Made by a program: the position numbers and the translations under genes | The notes under the pieces: generated by a model | Database searches by the model: none | The model's input: only the letters and a program-made list of their open reading frames with translations | Told to the model about the DNA's origin: nothing | From: an uncultured delta proteobacterium | GTDB lineage: Bacteria > Myxococcota_A > UBA9160 > SZUA-336 | DNA length: 64,000 bases | Reading direction: 5' to 3' | Assembly: GCA_963704165.1 (NCBI GenBank) | Contig: CAVPHD010000001.1 | Coordinates: 320,001 to 384,000 of the forward strand | Part shown: in pieces, positions 50,725-59,573 of the stretch | Layout: each line of letters opens with the position of its first letter | How positions within the stretch are numbered: position 1 is the first letter of the stretch

Positions 50725-53313
50725 TTGGCGAGACCGCCGCGCAATCTGCCGCTCTGGCTGCGGCTGCTGCTTCGCAGGCTGCGCAGCCCCGAGGGAAGGC
50801 TCGCGCCGCTCGCGGTGGTATCTATCGCGATCAGCGTCACGCTCGCGACGGGACTCGAGATGAGCTCGCGCAGCGCACGGCGGCAGCTCGAGATCACGGC
50901 GGAGGCGATCACGGGGGCGGCGAAGATCGAGATCACCGCCGGCGAGGTCGGGTTGGCCGAGGAGATCCTCGAGATTGCACGCGCGACGCCGGGCGTGCGC
51001 GCGGCGTCACCACTCGTTTCCATCCGATTGCGACTGACGGATCGGGACTTCGCGCTGAACGTTCTGGGCGTCGATCTCCTCGCCGAAGAGCAGGTGCGGA
51101 GCACCGCCATCGAGCACGGCGGCCTGGAGATTCGCGATCCGCTTCGACTGCTCGCGACTCCGAACTCCGTGGTCGCGACCGAAGCCCTGCTCGAGCGACT
51201 CGGACTGGCCGAGTTGTATCACGCGGGCGCGAGCACCGAGCTGCACGTCCGGATCGCTGGCGAGGAACGATCTCTCGTCGTTCACGGGCTCTTGCGCCCG
51301 AGCGGAATCGCCGCCGCGTTCAGCGGTCAGGTCGCACTGATGGACGTGTACGCGGCGCAGCAACTCGGCGGACGCGTCGGGCTCTTCGATCGGATCGACG
51401 TCGTGCCGGAGCGTGAAGAAGAGGTTCCGGAGCTGGTCCGCGCGCTGGGCGCGAAGCTCGCGGGTGTGGCCACGGTGCAGCTGTCCTCGGGCCGCGGGAG
51501 CACCGCGGAGGATCTTCTGCAAATGGTGAGGAGATCCTCACTCCTGCTCGCCGGCGCCGCCGCGCTCGTCGCGTGTCTGCTCACGTATGCCACTACCGCC
51601 CAGTGGATCGAGCGCCAGAAGCGCCAGCTCGCGACGCTGCGCGCGGCGGGCATGGAGGCCCGACGCGTTCGGCGAATGGTCTTCGTCGAGGTCACCGCGC
51701 TCGCCGTCCTTGGAACCGCGCTCGGCATCGGCGGCGGAATCGCGGTCTCGCCTCCCCTGCTCGCAACGCTTTCGCGTTTCCTCCAAGTCGCAAAGGTCGA
51801 AGAACTCAGCGGCGTGACGGTGGAGGTACCGACACTCTGGCTCGCGGTCGCCGTCGGTCTTCTCGCCGGGATGGCCGGGGGCGTGCTTCCCGCGTATCGC
51901 GCGAGCCGCCGCTACACGCTCGACTCGCTCGACCTCGACGTCGCCTCGCGCGACGGGAGAGGGCTCGGTCCATGGCTCGGTGGCGCGGCACTCGTGGCAT
52001 TCGCGCTCGTCTTCGCGATGGACTCGGCACGGGAAGCGACCGGCGCGATGGTCCGCGTCGGGCTCCTGTTCCTGTTGGGAGCGGCGGCAATCCTCGCGCT
52101 CGCTCCCGTGATCCTTCGGGTGACGAGGACCTCCCTTCGTCCACTCGCGCGCGCGTGGCCGCCCGTCGGTCATCTGGCCACTCGCCTCTATCGACTCAGG
52201 CCATGGACGTTTGCGGTTGCGCTCACGGCGATCTCGACGCTCGTCGCGGCGCTGGTGACCGCGTTTCTGCTCATCGCCACGATCAGCAGCGCATTCGACC
52301 GCTGGGTCGAGGCGCAGTATCCGGGTGGGGCGATCCGGATTCTCGCGACCCCCGTCACCGCGCCGCGCACCGCCGACCTGCTTTCGGATCGGACGATGCA
52401 GAGGATCCGCACGACCCCGAGCGTGCGCGCCGTGAACGAGCAGTACCGATCCAACGCATCGGTCGTGTTCCGTGGAGAGACGGTCTTCCTGCACGCGGTA
52501 TCGGCCGGTGTCCTCGGTACCCACGGCCACATTCCGAGCGTGGGACGACCGTCTTCCGAGATTGCGCTCGACCTCGTTCGCGGCGCGATCGCGATCTCGC
52601 CGGGGTTCCAGAAGACCTTCGGCCTGGAGCCAGGCGATCTGGTCGAGCTCGACACTCGCAACGGAACGAGAGCGTTCACCGTGGCGGGTGTCTTCGAGGA
52701 CTTCGGGGATGCCAGGGGATCGATTCTGATCGATCTCTCGACCTTCGACGCGTGCTGGCAGCGCTCCGGCGCATCGTCAGCCGTGGTCTGGCTCGAAGGC
52801 CCCACCGAGACCGCGATCGCGGAGATCCGGGCGCAAGTGGGCTCCGAGCAGGACCTCTACTTCGTCGATGGTGACGAGACCGCGTCTGCGACTCGCCGCT
52901 TCTCCGAGGTCTTCACGTCGACGCTTCACGTATTGGGCGCGTTCATCGCGTCGCTCGGCGGAATCGGCGTGATGATCCTTCTCGCCGGAATCGTCGCCGA
53001 GCGACGTCGGGATCTCGCCGTGCTCCGCGCAGCCGGCGCCGAGCCGCGGCAGCTCGTCGTCCTCGTGCTGATCGATGCGTTGACGCTGGGGCTGCTCGGC
53101 TCTGCGTGCGGAGTCGCCCTCGGTATCGCGTGTGCAGCACCAGCCGCGGACATCCTGCGGGAGTCGTACGGCTGGATCCTCGAACAGCGGTGGATGGCAC
53201 CACAGATCCCGTTCGTCGTCGCCGGGGCCATCGCTGCCGCCGTCGCAGGCGGGATGCTCCCGGCGCGCATGGCCTACGGTGTGGGTGCAGGGGACGTCTT
53301 CGGTCCGGAGTGA
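50725..53313 (+). CDS. FtsX/MacB-like ABC permease (duplicated)
   Basis: Two ERxRxLAxLRAAG FtsX motifs and two periplasmic domains. Confidence 0.9.
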   Translation: MARPPRNLPLWLRLLLRRLRSPEGRLAPLAVVSIAISVTLATGLEMSSRSARRQLEITAEAITGAAKIEITAGEVGLAEEILEIARATPGVRAASPLVSIRLRLTDRDFALNVLGVDLLAEEQVRSTAIEHGGLEIRDPLRLLATPNSVVATEALLERLGLAELYHAGASTELHVRIAGEERSLVVHGLLRPSGIAAAFSGQVALMDVYAAQQLGGRVGLFDRIDVVPEREEEVPELVRALGAKLAGVATVQLSSGRGSTAEDLLQMVRRSSLLLAGAAALVACLLTYATTAQWIERQKRQLATLRAAGMEARRVRRMVFVEVTALAVLGTALGIGGGIAVSPPLLATLSRFLQVAKVEELSGVTVEVPTLWLAVAVGLLAGMAGGVLPAYRASRRYTLDSLDLDVASRDGRGLGPWLGGAALVAFALVFAMDSAREATGAMVRVGLLFLLGAAAILALAPVILRVTRTSLRPLARAWPPVGHLATRLYRLRPWTFAVALTAISTLVAALVTAFLLIATISSAFDRWVEAQYPGGAIRILATPVTAPRTADLLSDRTMQRIRTTPSVRAVNEQYRSNASVVFRGETVFLHAVSAGVLGTHGHIPSVGRPSSEIALDLVRGAIAISPGFQKTFGLEPGDLVELDTRNGTRAFTVAGVFEDFGDARGSILIDLSTFDACWQRSGASSAVVWLEGPTETAIAEIRAQVGSEQDLYFVDGDETASATRRFSEVFTSTLHVLGAFIASLGGIGVMILLAGIVAERRRDLAVLRAAGAEPRQLVVLVLIDALTLGLLGSACGVALGIACAAPAADILRESYGWILEQRWMAPQIPFVVAGAIAAAVAGGMLPARMAYGVGAGDVFGPE

Positions 53314-53454
53314 GCGCGACGCCGCGGAGTCGGAGCTAGCTCCCGACCACCTCGTTGCAGCCGGATACGAACGCGAGGATCGCTCCGAGCACGAGCAGGA
53401 CTCGCACGCATGCGCGATTCGCCGCCATGTTCTCGATCGTTGCCACGTGACCCG

Positions 53455-54822
53455 CTAGTCCTTCTGCACGAGATCTTCCAACCCGTACTTGTGTATGCGA
53501 TGACGGATCGTCCCGCGAGGCATCTCCAGCCGCCGCGACGCGCGAGAGACGTTCCCACCGGTTGCGCGCAGCGCATCGGCGAGTCGAAGCGCGTCTGCCC
53601 GTTCGCTCGCGTCGAGATCCGGCGGAGATGCCGCCGTTCGGAACTCCGACGGCCGCTCGGCATCGGCCGCGATCACGGCAGGATTCACGACGGGCGGTGC
53701 GAGCAATCCCTCGAGATCCTCCGCCTCCAAGGTGACGGTGCGTCCGCGCACCAGGATTCGCTCGATGACGTTGAAGAGCTCGCGAACGTTCCCCGGCCAA
53801 TGATGCGTTCGAAGCTGCGCGAAGAACGAATCGCCAATCGAGGGTGCCGGAACACCGATGCTCTCCGAGAGGCGATCGACCGCGGCGCGCGCCAGCGCGG
53901 GTAGGTCGCCAAGGCGCTCGCGCAGTGGCGGGACGATGATCCCGATCACGTTGAGGCGGAAGTACAGGTCGGGCCGGAACTTTCCTCGGGCGACGAGCTG
54001 CCCCAAATCGTGGCAGGTCGCAGCAATCACGCGCGCGGTCATCGGCAGCGCCTGAGTCCCGCCGACACGCTCGAAGACCCGATCCTCGAGTACGCGCAGG
54101 AGCTTCGATTGGAGCGGACCATCGAGATCTCCGATCTCGTCGAGAAAGATCGTGCCGGTTCCCGCCGCCTCGAAGCGGCCCCGACGCAGCCCGCCCGCGC
54201 CGGTGAACGAGTGCTTCTCGTGACCGAAGAGCTCGCTCTCGATCAGCGTCGGCGAAAGAGCCGCGCAGTCGACGTGAACGAACGGCTCCGCGCGCCGGGC
54301 GGACAGCTCGTGCACGAGTCGGGCGACGAGGCCCTTCCCGGTTCCGGTCTCACCCTGGAGCAGCACCTTCGAGTCCACGCGCGCCGCTTCGCGCAGCTCG
54401 CGCCGGAGTGTATGCATCGTCTCGCTCTCGCCGATGAGTGACGCCACTTCCGGCGAAGCCAAGGCCGAACGCGCGTGAACGGCGATGCGGGCGACGACAT
54501 CGAGCGTCGGCGCGGGCAGGTCGATGAACTCGGAGACTCCGAGCCTGGCGAGTCGAAACCCGAGCTCGCTCTTCATGTCCCGTCCGATCACCACGATCGG
54601 TACCCCGCGATTCGCCTTGGCAACCGCACGGACCCGCTCGTACGCGGCTTCCGGATCGACGCGAAGCCCGACGACGACGAGGGCGAGCTGCATGCTGTCG
54701 AGAACCGGAGCGGTCTCGGCGCGACTCTCGATCACCCCGATCGAGTTTCGCGCGCACCAACCACCGATGGCGGCCGAGTACTCCGTCTCGACGTCCAGAA
54801 GCAGAGCGACTCGCTTCGACAC
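53455..54822 (-). CDS. Sigma-54 enhancer-binding protein (degenerate receiver-AAA+-Fis HTH)
   Basis: GETGTGKG, ESELFGHEKHSFTGA, FLDEIG, WPGNVREL, GGNVSRASRRL. Confidence 0.92.
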   Translation of the reverse strand: MSKRVALLLDVETEYSAAIGGWCARNSIGVIESRAETAPVLDSMQLALVVVGLRVDPEAAYERVRAVAKANRGVPIVVIGRDMKSELGFRLARLGVSEFIDLPAPTLDVVARIAVHARSALASPEVASLIGESETMHTLRRELREAARVDSKVLLQGETGTGKGLVARLVHELSARRAEPFVHVDCAALSPTLIESELFGHEKHSFTGAGGLRRGRFEAAGTGTIFLDEIGDLDGPLQSKLLRVLEDRVFERVGGTQALPMTARVIAATCHDLGQLVARGKFRPDLYFRLNVIGIIVPPLRERLGDLPALARAAVDRLSESIGVPAPSIGDSFFAQLRTHHWPGNVRELFNVIERILVRGRTVTLEAEDLEGLLAPPVVNPAVIAADAERPSEFRTAASPPDLDASERADALRLADALRATGGNVSRASRRLEMPRGTIRHRIHKYGLEDLVQKD

Positions 54823-54961
54823 ACACCACTCCCGCCGGACCTTCGGTATGACAGCCGACTCGACGAGATCGTGTCAAGGATATTTCCGCTCGGTGTGAGA
54901 GGCCCTCGAACGCGCGCCTTCGACCTACAATCGACGCCCACCGCGACGGAGGACTGACGAA

Positions 54962-56140
54962 ATGCCCGGCCCCCTTCACGGCTACCGCGTCATCGACGTC
55001 ACGCAGATGATCTCGGGGCCGGTGGCGACGCGGATTCTCGGCGATCAGGGCGCGGACGTGATCAAGGTCGAGCCGGCGACGGGCGACCTGACGCGGGGGA
55101 TGGGCGGCGCGAAGCGCAGGCTCTCGCCGCTCTTCGCCACCACCAACCGAAGCAAGCGCGGGGTGGTGCTCGACCTGAAGACCGCGTCGGGCGTGAAGGT
55201 GCTGCACCGGCTCGTCGCGCGCGCGGACGTCTTCGTGCAGAACTTCCGGCCGGGCGCGGCGGAGCGGATGGGGATCGGCGAGGCGGCGCTGCGCGCGCAC
55301 AATCCGAAGCTCGTCTACGTCTCGATCAGCGGCTTCGGCGAATCGGGGCCGTACGCACACAAGCGTGTGTACGATCCGGTGATCCAGGCGCTCTCGGGGC
55401 TGGCGTCGATCCAGGGCGGCTCGAGCGGGCGGCCGCGCATGTTGCGCCTGATCGTGCCCGACAAGCTGACGGCGGTGACGGCCGCGCAGGCGATCACGGC
55501 GGCGCTGCTCGCGCGCGAACGCACCGGCGCGGGCCAGCACGTCCGGCTCGCCATGCTCGACGCGGTGGTCGCGTTCCACTGGCCCGAGGCGATGGTGCGC
55601 CACACCTTCGTCGGCGACGACATCGGCAGCACGCGCCCGCCCGAGACGCGCGACCTGGTCTTCGAAACCGCCGACGGCTACATGACCGCCGGCACCGTCG
55701 CGCTCCGCGAGTGGCAGGCGTTCTGCGCGGCGGTCGAGCGCCCCGACTGGCTCGACGACGAGCGCTTCCGCAGCACCGCGGGTCTGGTCAAACACGCGGA
55801 CGCGCGGCTCGAGCTGATGGCGAGCGTGCTCCGCACGCGCCCGACCGCCGAGTGGCTCGAGCGGCTCGACCGCGCGCAGGTGCCGTGCGCGCCGATCCTG
55901 GATCGCGACGAGCTTCTCGTGCACCCGCAGGTGATCGAGAACGCGCTCGTCGTCGAGAGCGACGACCCGAGCACCGGACCGATGCGCCAGGCGCGCCCGC
56001 CCGAACGCTTCGACCGCACGCCGTCGGCCATCCGGCGCCCCGCGCCGCTTCTCGGCGAGCACACCGACGAGGTGCTCGCGGAATACGGCTACGCGCGCGA
56101 AGAGATTGCGGCGCTTCGCGAAGAGGGCGCGCTCGGCTGA
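54962..56140 (+). CDS. Family III CoA-transferase (CaiB/BaiF)
   Basis: GADVIKVE, NRSKR, NFRPG, SISGFG, APLLGEHT. Confidence 0.94.
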   Translation: MPGPLHGYRVIDVTQMISGPVATRILGDQGADVIKVEPATGDLTRGMGGAKRRLSPLFATTNRSKRGVVLDLKTASGVKVLHRLVARADVFVQNFRPGAAERMGIGEAALRAHNPKLVYVSISGFGESGPYAHKRVYDPVIQALSGLASIQGGSSGRPRMLRLIVPDKLTAVTAAQAITAALLARERTGAGQHVRLAMLDAVVAFHWPEAMVRHTFVGDDIGSTRPPETRDLVFETADGYMTAGTVALREWQAFCAAVERPDWLDDERFRSTAGLVKHADARLELMASVLRTRPTAEWLERLDRAQVPCAPILDRDELLVHPQVIENALVVESDDPSTGPMRQARPPERFDRTPSAIRRPAPLLGEHTDEVLAEYGYAREEIAALREEGALG

Positions 56141-56155
56141 GCGCGCGCGCGAACC

Positions 56156-56440
56156 TCAGCCGCCGTCCTTCGACAACCGTTCGCGGACCTCGGACTCGCA
56201 GAGGCCGACGATCTCGACGACTTTGCGCGCGGACGTCTGGCCCTTGATCACTCGCGCCGAGCCCGCGGGAAGGCCGAGCGTTTTCGCGAGCAGCTCCTCG
56301 ACGGCCGCGTTGGCCCTTCCACGCTCGGGGGGCGCGCTGACCCGGATCTTCACCGTGTCACCGAGCCATCCGGCGATGCCGCTACGCGAAGCGCCGGGAA
56401 CGACCTTGACGGACAATCGAGTGGTCGTCTCGGCACGCAT
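56156..56440 (-). CDS. DUF167/YggU family protein
   Basis: VKVVPGASR, KIRVSAPPERGRAN, GQTSARK. Confidence 0.88.
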   Translation of the reverse strand: MRAETTTRLSVKVVPGASRSGIAGWLGDTVKIRVSAPPERGRANAAVEELLAKTLGLPAGSARVIKGQTSARKVVEIVGLCESEVRERLSKDGG

Positions 56441-56451
56441 GCTCGGAGCGG

Positions 56452-56864
56452 TCACTTCTGCGGGACGACGAAGATCTTCTTGCCCGAATAGGGGTTCCCT
56501 GCGCCGTAGGGGTTGTGGATGCTCGTCGGTGAGTACGGGCTTCCGTATCGGCCGTAGGGATTCGAGGTCGATTCGGGGTGGTACGGGTTCTGGCTCAGGC
56601 GGCCCAGGTAGTTTCCGTCGCCGTCATAGAGTTTGGGCGCGTCCGTCGCATACGGGTTCGTCCACGACTTGTTGCTGTACGGGCTTCCATACGGGCTGTA
56701 GGGGTTCATCAAGCCGTCGGCCTTGTACGGACTGCCCGCCCCGTAGGGATTGGAGATGCAGTCCACATCGTAGGGACAGGCCGCGCGCGCGGCCGATCCA
56801 CCGAAGGCGACGGCGGCGACGACGAGCAGGCCGATCGAGAGCGGGCTTCGAGCGGAACGCCTCA
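56452..56864 (-). CDS. Secreted protein with NPY/SPY repeats
   Basis: Signal peptide ending ARA; repeated NPYGAGSPY, NPYGRYGSPYS. Confidence 0.75.
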
Positions 56865-57000
56865 TTCGAGCTCCTCCGGTGCTGCGCACGGCAGCTCACC
56901 CACCGTACACCAACCTGCGACGGGCCCCAACCCAGGCACAGCGCTCCCGCGGGCGCTCACGGCGCCTCGCGTGGGACCTGCCGCTCACCGACGGGGCTGA

Positions 57001-57198
57001 CTAACCTTCCCCGCCCAGGTCGCACAGGATTTCGGCCTCTTCGAAGGAGCCATCCTCGTCGCGCTGCAGGTGCAGGTGAGCGCGCGCGAAGGGCCGCTCC
57101 TTCTCGGGCACCAGCACCATCACGCGCACACCCTCTTCGAGCGGCGCGCCTTCGACGACCACCTTCCCCGAGACCACCATGCCTCGCAGGACGTGCAT
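57001..57198 (-). CDS. Small hypothetical protein, antitoxin-like beta-rich N-terminus
   Basis: GMVVSGKVVVEGAPLEEGVRVMVLV; TATCCT 6 nt before the ATG. Confidence 0.5.
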   Translation of the reverse strand: MHVLRGMVVSGKVVVEGAPLEEGVRVMVLVPEKERPFARAHLHLQRDEDGSFEEAEILCDLGGEG

Positions 57199-57266
57199 GA
57201 AAGCAGGATACGCCTGCGGGGGGCGAACCGGCGAGAGTATTATTCGGGCTCGAAATGGAGGGTCCG

Positions 57267-58520
57267 ATGGCCGCGACGCCCAGCCTCGAGGGCCTGACTC
57301 TCGAGAACCTCGACGTGATCTCGCCCGAGCACTACGAGAAGAACGGCTACCCGCACGCGGAGTGGACCTACCTGCGCAAGCACGCGCCGGTGCACTACTT
57401 CGACCGCGGGAACTACGAGCCGTTCTGGGCGATCACCAAGCACGCCGACATCGTCGAGATCGGCAAGAGCCCGGACGAGTTCATCATCGCGCCGCGCATC
57501 GCGGTCTTCGACCGGAGCTTGCCGGTCGACGCCGTGCGGCTTCGCCACCTGCTCTCGATGGACGGGCAGGAGCACCGCGACTACCGCGCCGTCACCGCCA
57601 AGCAGTTCACCCCGCGCATGACGCAGCAATGGGCCGAGAAGGTCGCGCGCATCACGCGCGAAGTGCTCGACCAGGCGGCGGAGCTCGGCGAGTGCGACTT
57701 CGTGCAGGACGTCTCGGCGCCGATCACGATCGCGGTGATCGCGCTGATGCTCGGCGTTCCGCAGTCGGACTGGCGGCTCCTGTTCCGCTGGACCAACGAG
57801 ACGATCGCGCCGGAAGATCCAGAGTTCCAAAGGGGCCGCACCACCGACGAGACACTCCAGTCCGCGCGCACCGAGCTCTTCCAGTACTTCAACGCGCTGA
57901 TGGAAGAGCGCCGCAAGCGGCCACAGGACGACATCATCTCGGTCGTCGTGCACGGAAAGGTGCAGGGAAAGCCGATCGGCGCGTTCGAGCTGCTCTCCTA
58001 CTACCTGTTGCTCGTCGTGGCGGGAAACGAAACCACGCGCAACGCCATGACCGGGGGCGTGCTCGCGTTCGACGAGCACCCCGACCAGTGGCGCGCGCTC
58101 GTCGCGAACCCGGCGCTGCTCGACCCCGCGGTCGAGGAGATCGTGCGCTGGGTGACGCCGGTGATCCAGTTCACGCGCGAGGCCACGCGCGACTACACGC
58201 TGCGCGGAACGAAGATCGCGAAGGGCCAGTCCGTCTGTCTGTTCTACGGCTCGGGCAATCGCGACGAGGAGATCTTCGCCGACCCGTTCGCCTTCCGGAT
58301 CGACCGCGCGCCGAACGACCACATCGGCTTCGGCCGCGGCGAGCACGTCTGCCTGGGCGCGCACCTGGCGCGACTCGAGCTGCGCACCGTCTTCGATCAG
58401 GTGCGCGAGCGCCTCGAATCGTTCGAGCGAACCGGCCCCGCGGAACGCGTGCGCTCCTCGTTCGTCGGCGGCATCAAGCGCGCGCCGATCCGCTGGAAGC
58501 TGCGGAAGGCGGCGGACTGA
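57267..58520 (+). CDS. Cytochrome P450 (CYP125/142-like)
   Basis: AGNETTRN, EEIVR, FGRGEHVCLG heme motif; GGAGG RBS. Confidence 0.94.
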   Translation: MAATPSLEGLTLENLDVISPEHYEKNGYPHAEWTYLRKHAPVHYFDRGNYEPFWAITKHADIVEIGKSPDEFIIAPRIAVFDRSLPVDAVRLRHLLSMDGQEHRDYRAVTAKQFTPRMTQQWAEKVARITREVLDQAAELGECDFVQDVSAPITIAVIALMLGVPQSDWRLLFRWTNETIAPEDPEFQRGRTTDETLQSARTELFQYFNALMEERRKRPQDDIISVVVHGKVQGKPIGAFELLSYYLLLVVAGNETTRNAMTGGVLAFDEHPDQWRALVANPALLDPAVEEIVRWVTPVIQFTREATRDYTLRGTKIAKGQSVCLFYGSGNRDEEIFADPFAFRIDRAPNDHIGFGRGEHVCLGAHLARLELRTVFDQVRERLESFERTGPAERVRSSFVGGIKRAPIRWKLRKAAD

Positions 58521-59496
58521 GCGGGCGCGCGCGCAGCATTCGCCCCTCGACCAGGCAGCGAGCGAGCTCCCGGTAGGTTTCGCGGATCTCGCCGCGCGCG
58601 AGAATCCTTCGCGCGAGCGGGCCCTCGCGCAGGATCACGTCGAGGCGGGCGCGCGACAAGAGGTGTTCGGCCGAGTCGCCGAGCGTCGCCTCGATCAGGT
58701 GAGTCCAGACCTCGCCCGCCTTCGGCGCGTCCGTCGTGCGGCCGGGAAATCCGAGCACGTCGAGCAGCCGCGGATCGGACACGACCGCGCGCTCACCGGA
58801 GCGGGCGACGTCGCGGAGCAGGTCCGCGAGCGGCGGCTCCGGAAGGCGACGCTGATCGGCGTAGGTCGAGAACTGCTCGTGGTAGAGCGCCTGCACCGCC
58901 GCGATCACCGCTTCGGCGATCGCGAGATCCGCCGCGGGGCACTCCGCGACGTCCTGAATGCGCAGCTCGACCGCGCGCCGGTCGCGGTGGGCGATCGGCT
59001 CGAGGTCGTCGCGCTCGATGCGCGTGTCGAGCCGGCCGGTCGGCTGGCCGGCCGCGATCGGTGAGCTCGCGGCGAGTGCGGGAACGAGCGGGAGCACGGC
59101 GCGGGCCGCGACCCGGAGTCGATCGAGCTCGGACGCGTCGCGGAACGGCAGGTCGAAGCGCGCGCCCTGCGCGTTCGGCGTCTCGGCGACCGACGCCATG
59201 AACGGGTGCATGCCGCCGGGCAGGAGCATCGCCGAGTGCGACTCGAGCCGGGCATCGATCTCGCGGACGGCGCGCTGGAAGTCGGCGGTCAGGGTCGAGC
59301 GCTCCTCGATCGATCGGCTCCCCGCAAGCACCAGCAGGTGCTTCGCGCTCGCGCTTCCGCAATTCACCGGACCGAGCTCGAGCCGCCCCGCCGCGCCGAG
59401 CACGAGATCCGCGATCGGCCGGACCTCGAGCGACTCGCGATCGACGATCGCGTAGTCGATCTCGACGCGCGCCCCCCCGAAGAGCTCGTCCGTCAC
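58474..59496 (-). CDS. Carboxylate-amine ligase (GCS2-like), apparently shortened or degenerate
   Basis: VEIDYAIVD, LLPGGMHPFM, LPLVPALAASSP, AVELRIQD. Confidence 0.65.
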   Translation of the reverse strand: MTDELFGGARVEIDYAIVDRESLEVRPIADLVLGAAGRLELGPVNCGSASAKHLLVLAGSRSIEERSTLTADFQRAVREIDARLESHSAMLLPGGMHPFMASVAETPNAQGARFDLPFRDASELDRLRVAARAVLPLVPALAASSPIAAGQPTGRLDTRIERDDLEPIAHRDRRAVELRIQDVAECPAADLAIAEAVIAAVQALYHEQFSTYADQRRLPEPPLADLLRDVARSGERAVVSDPRLLDVLGFPGRTTDAPKAGEVWTHLIEATLGDSAEHLLSRARLDVILREGPLARRILARGEIRETYRELARCLVEGRMLRARPLSPPPSAASSGSARA

Positions 59497-59573
59497 CCGG
59501 GGACCCCGGCGCCGCGCGGTCCTTCGACTACCATAGGGCCGCACCTTAGCCGACAGGCGAAGTTGGACAACCG

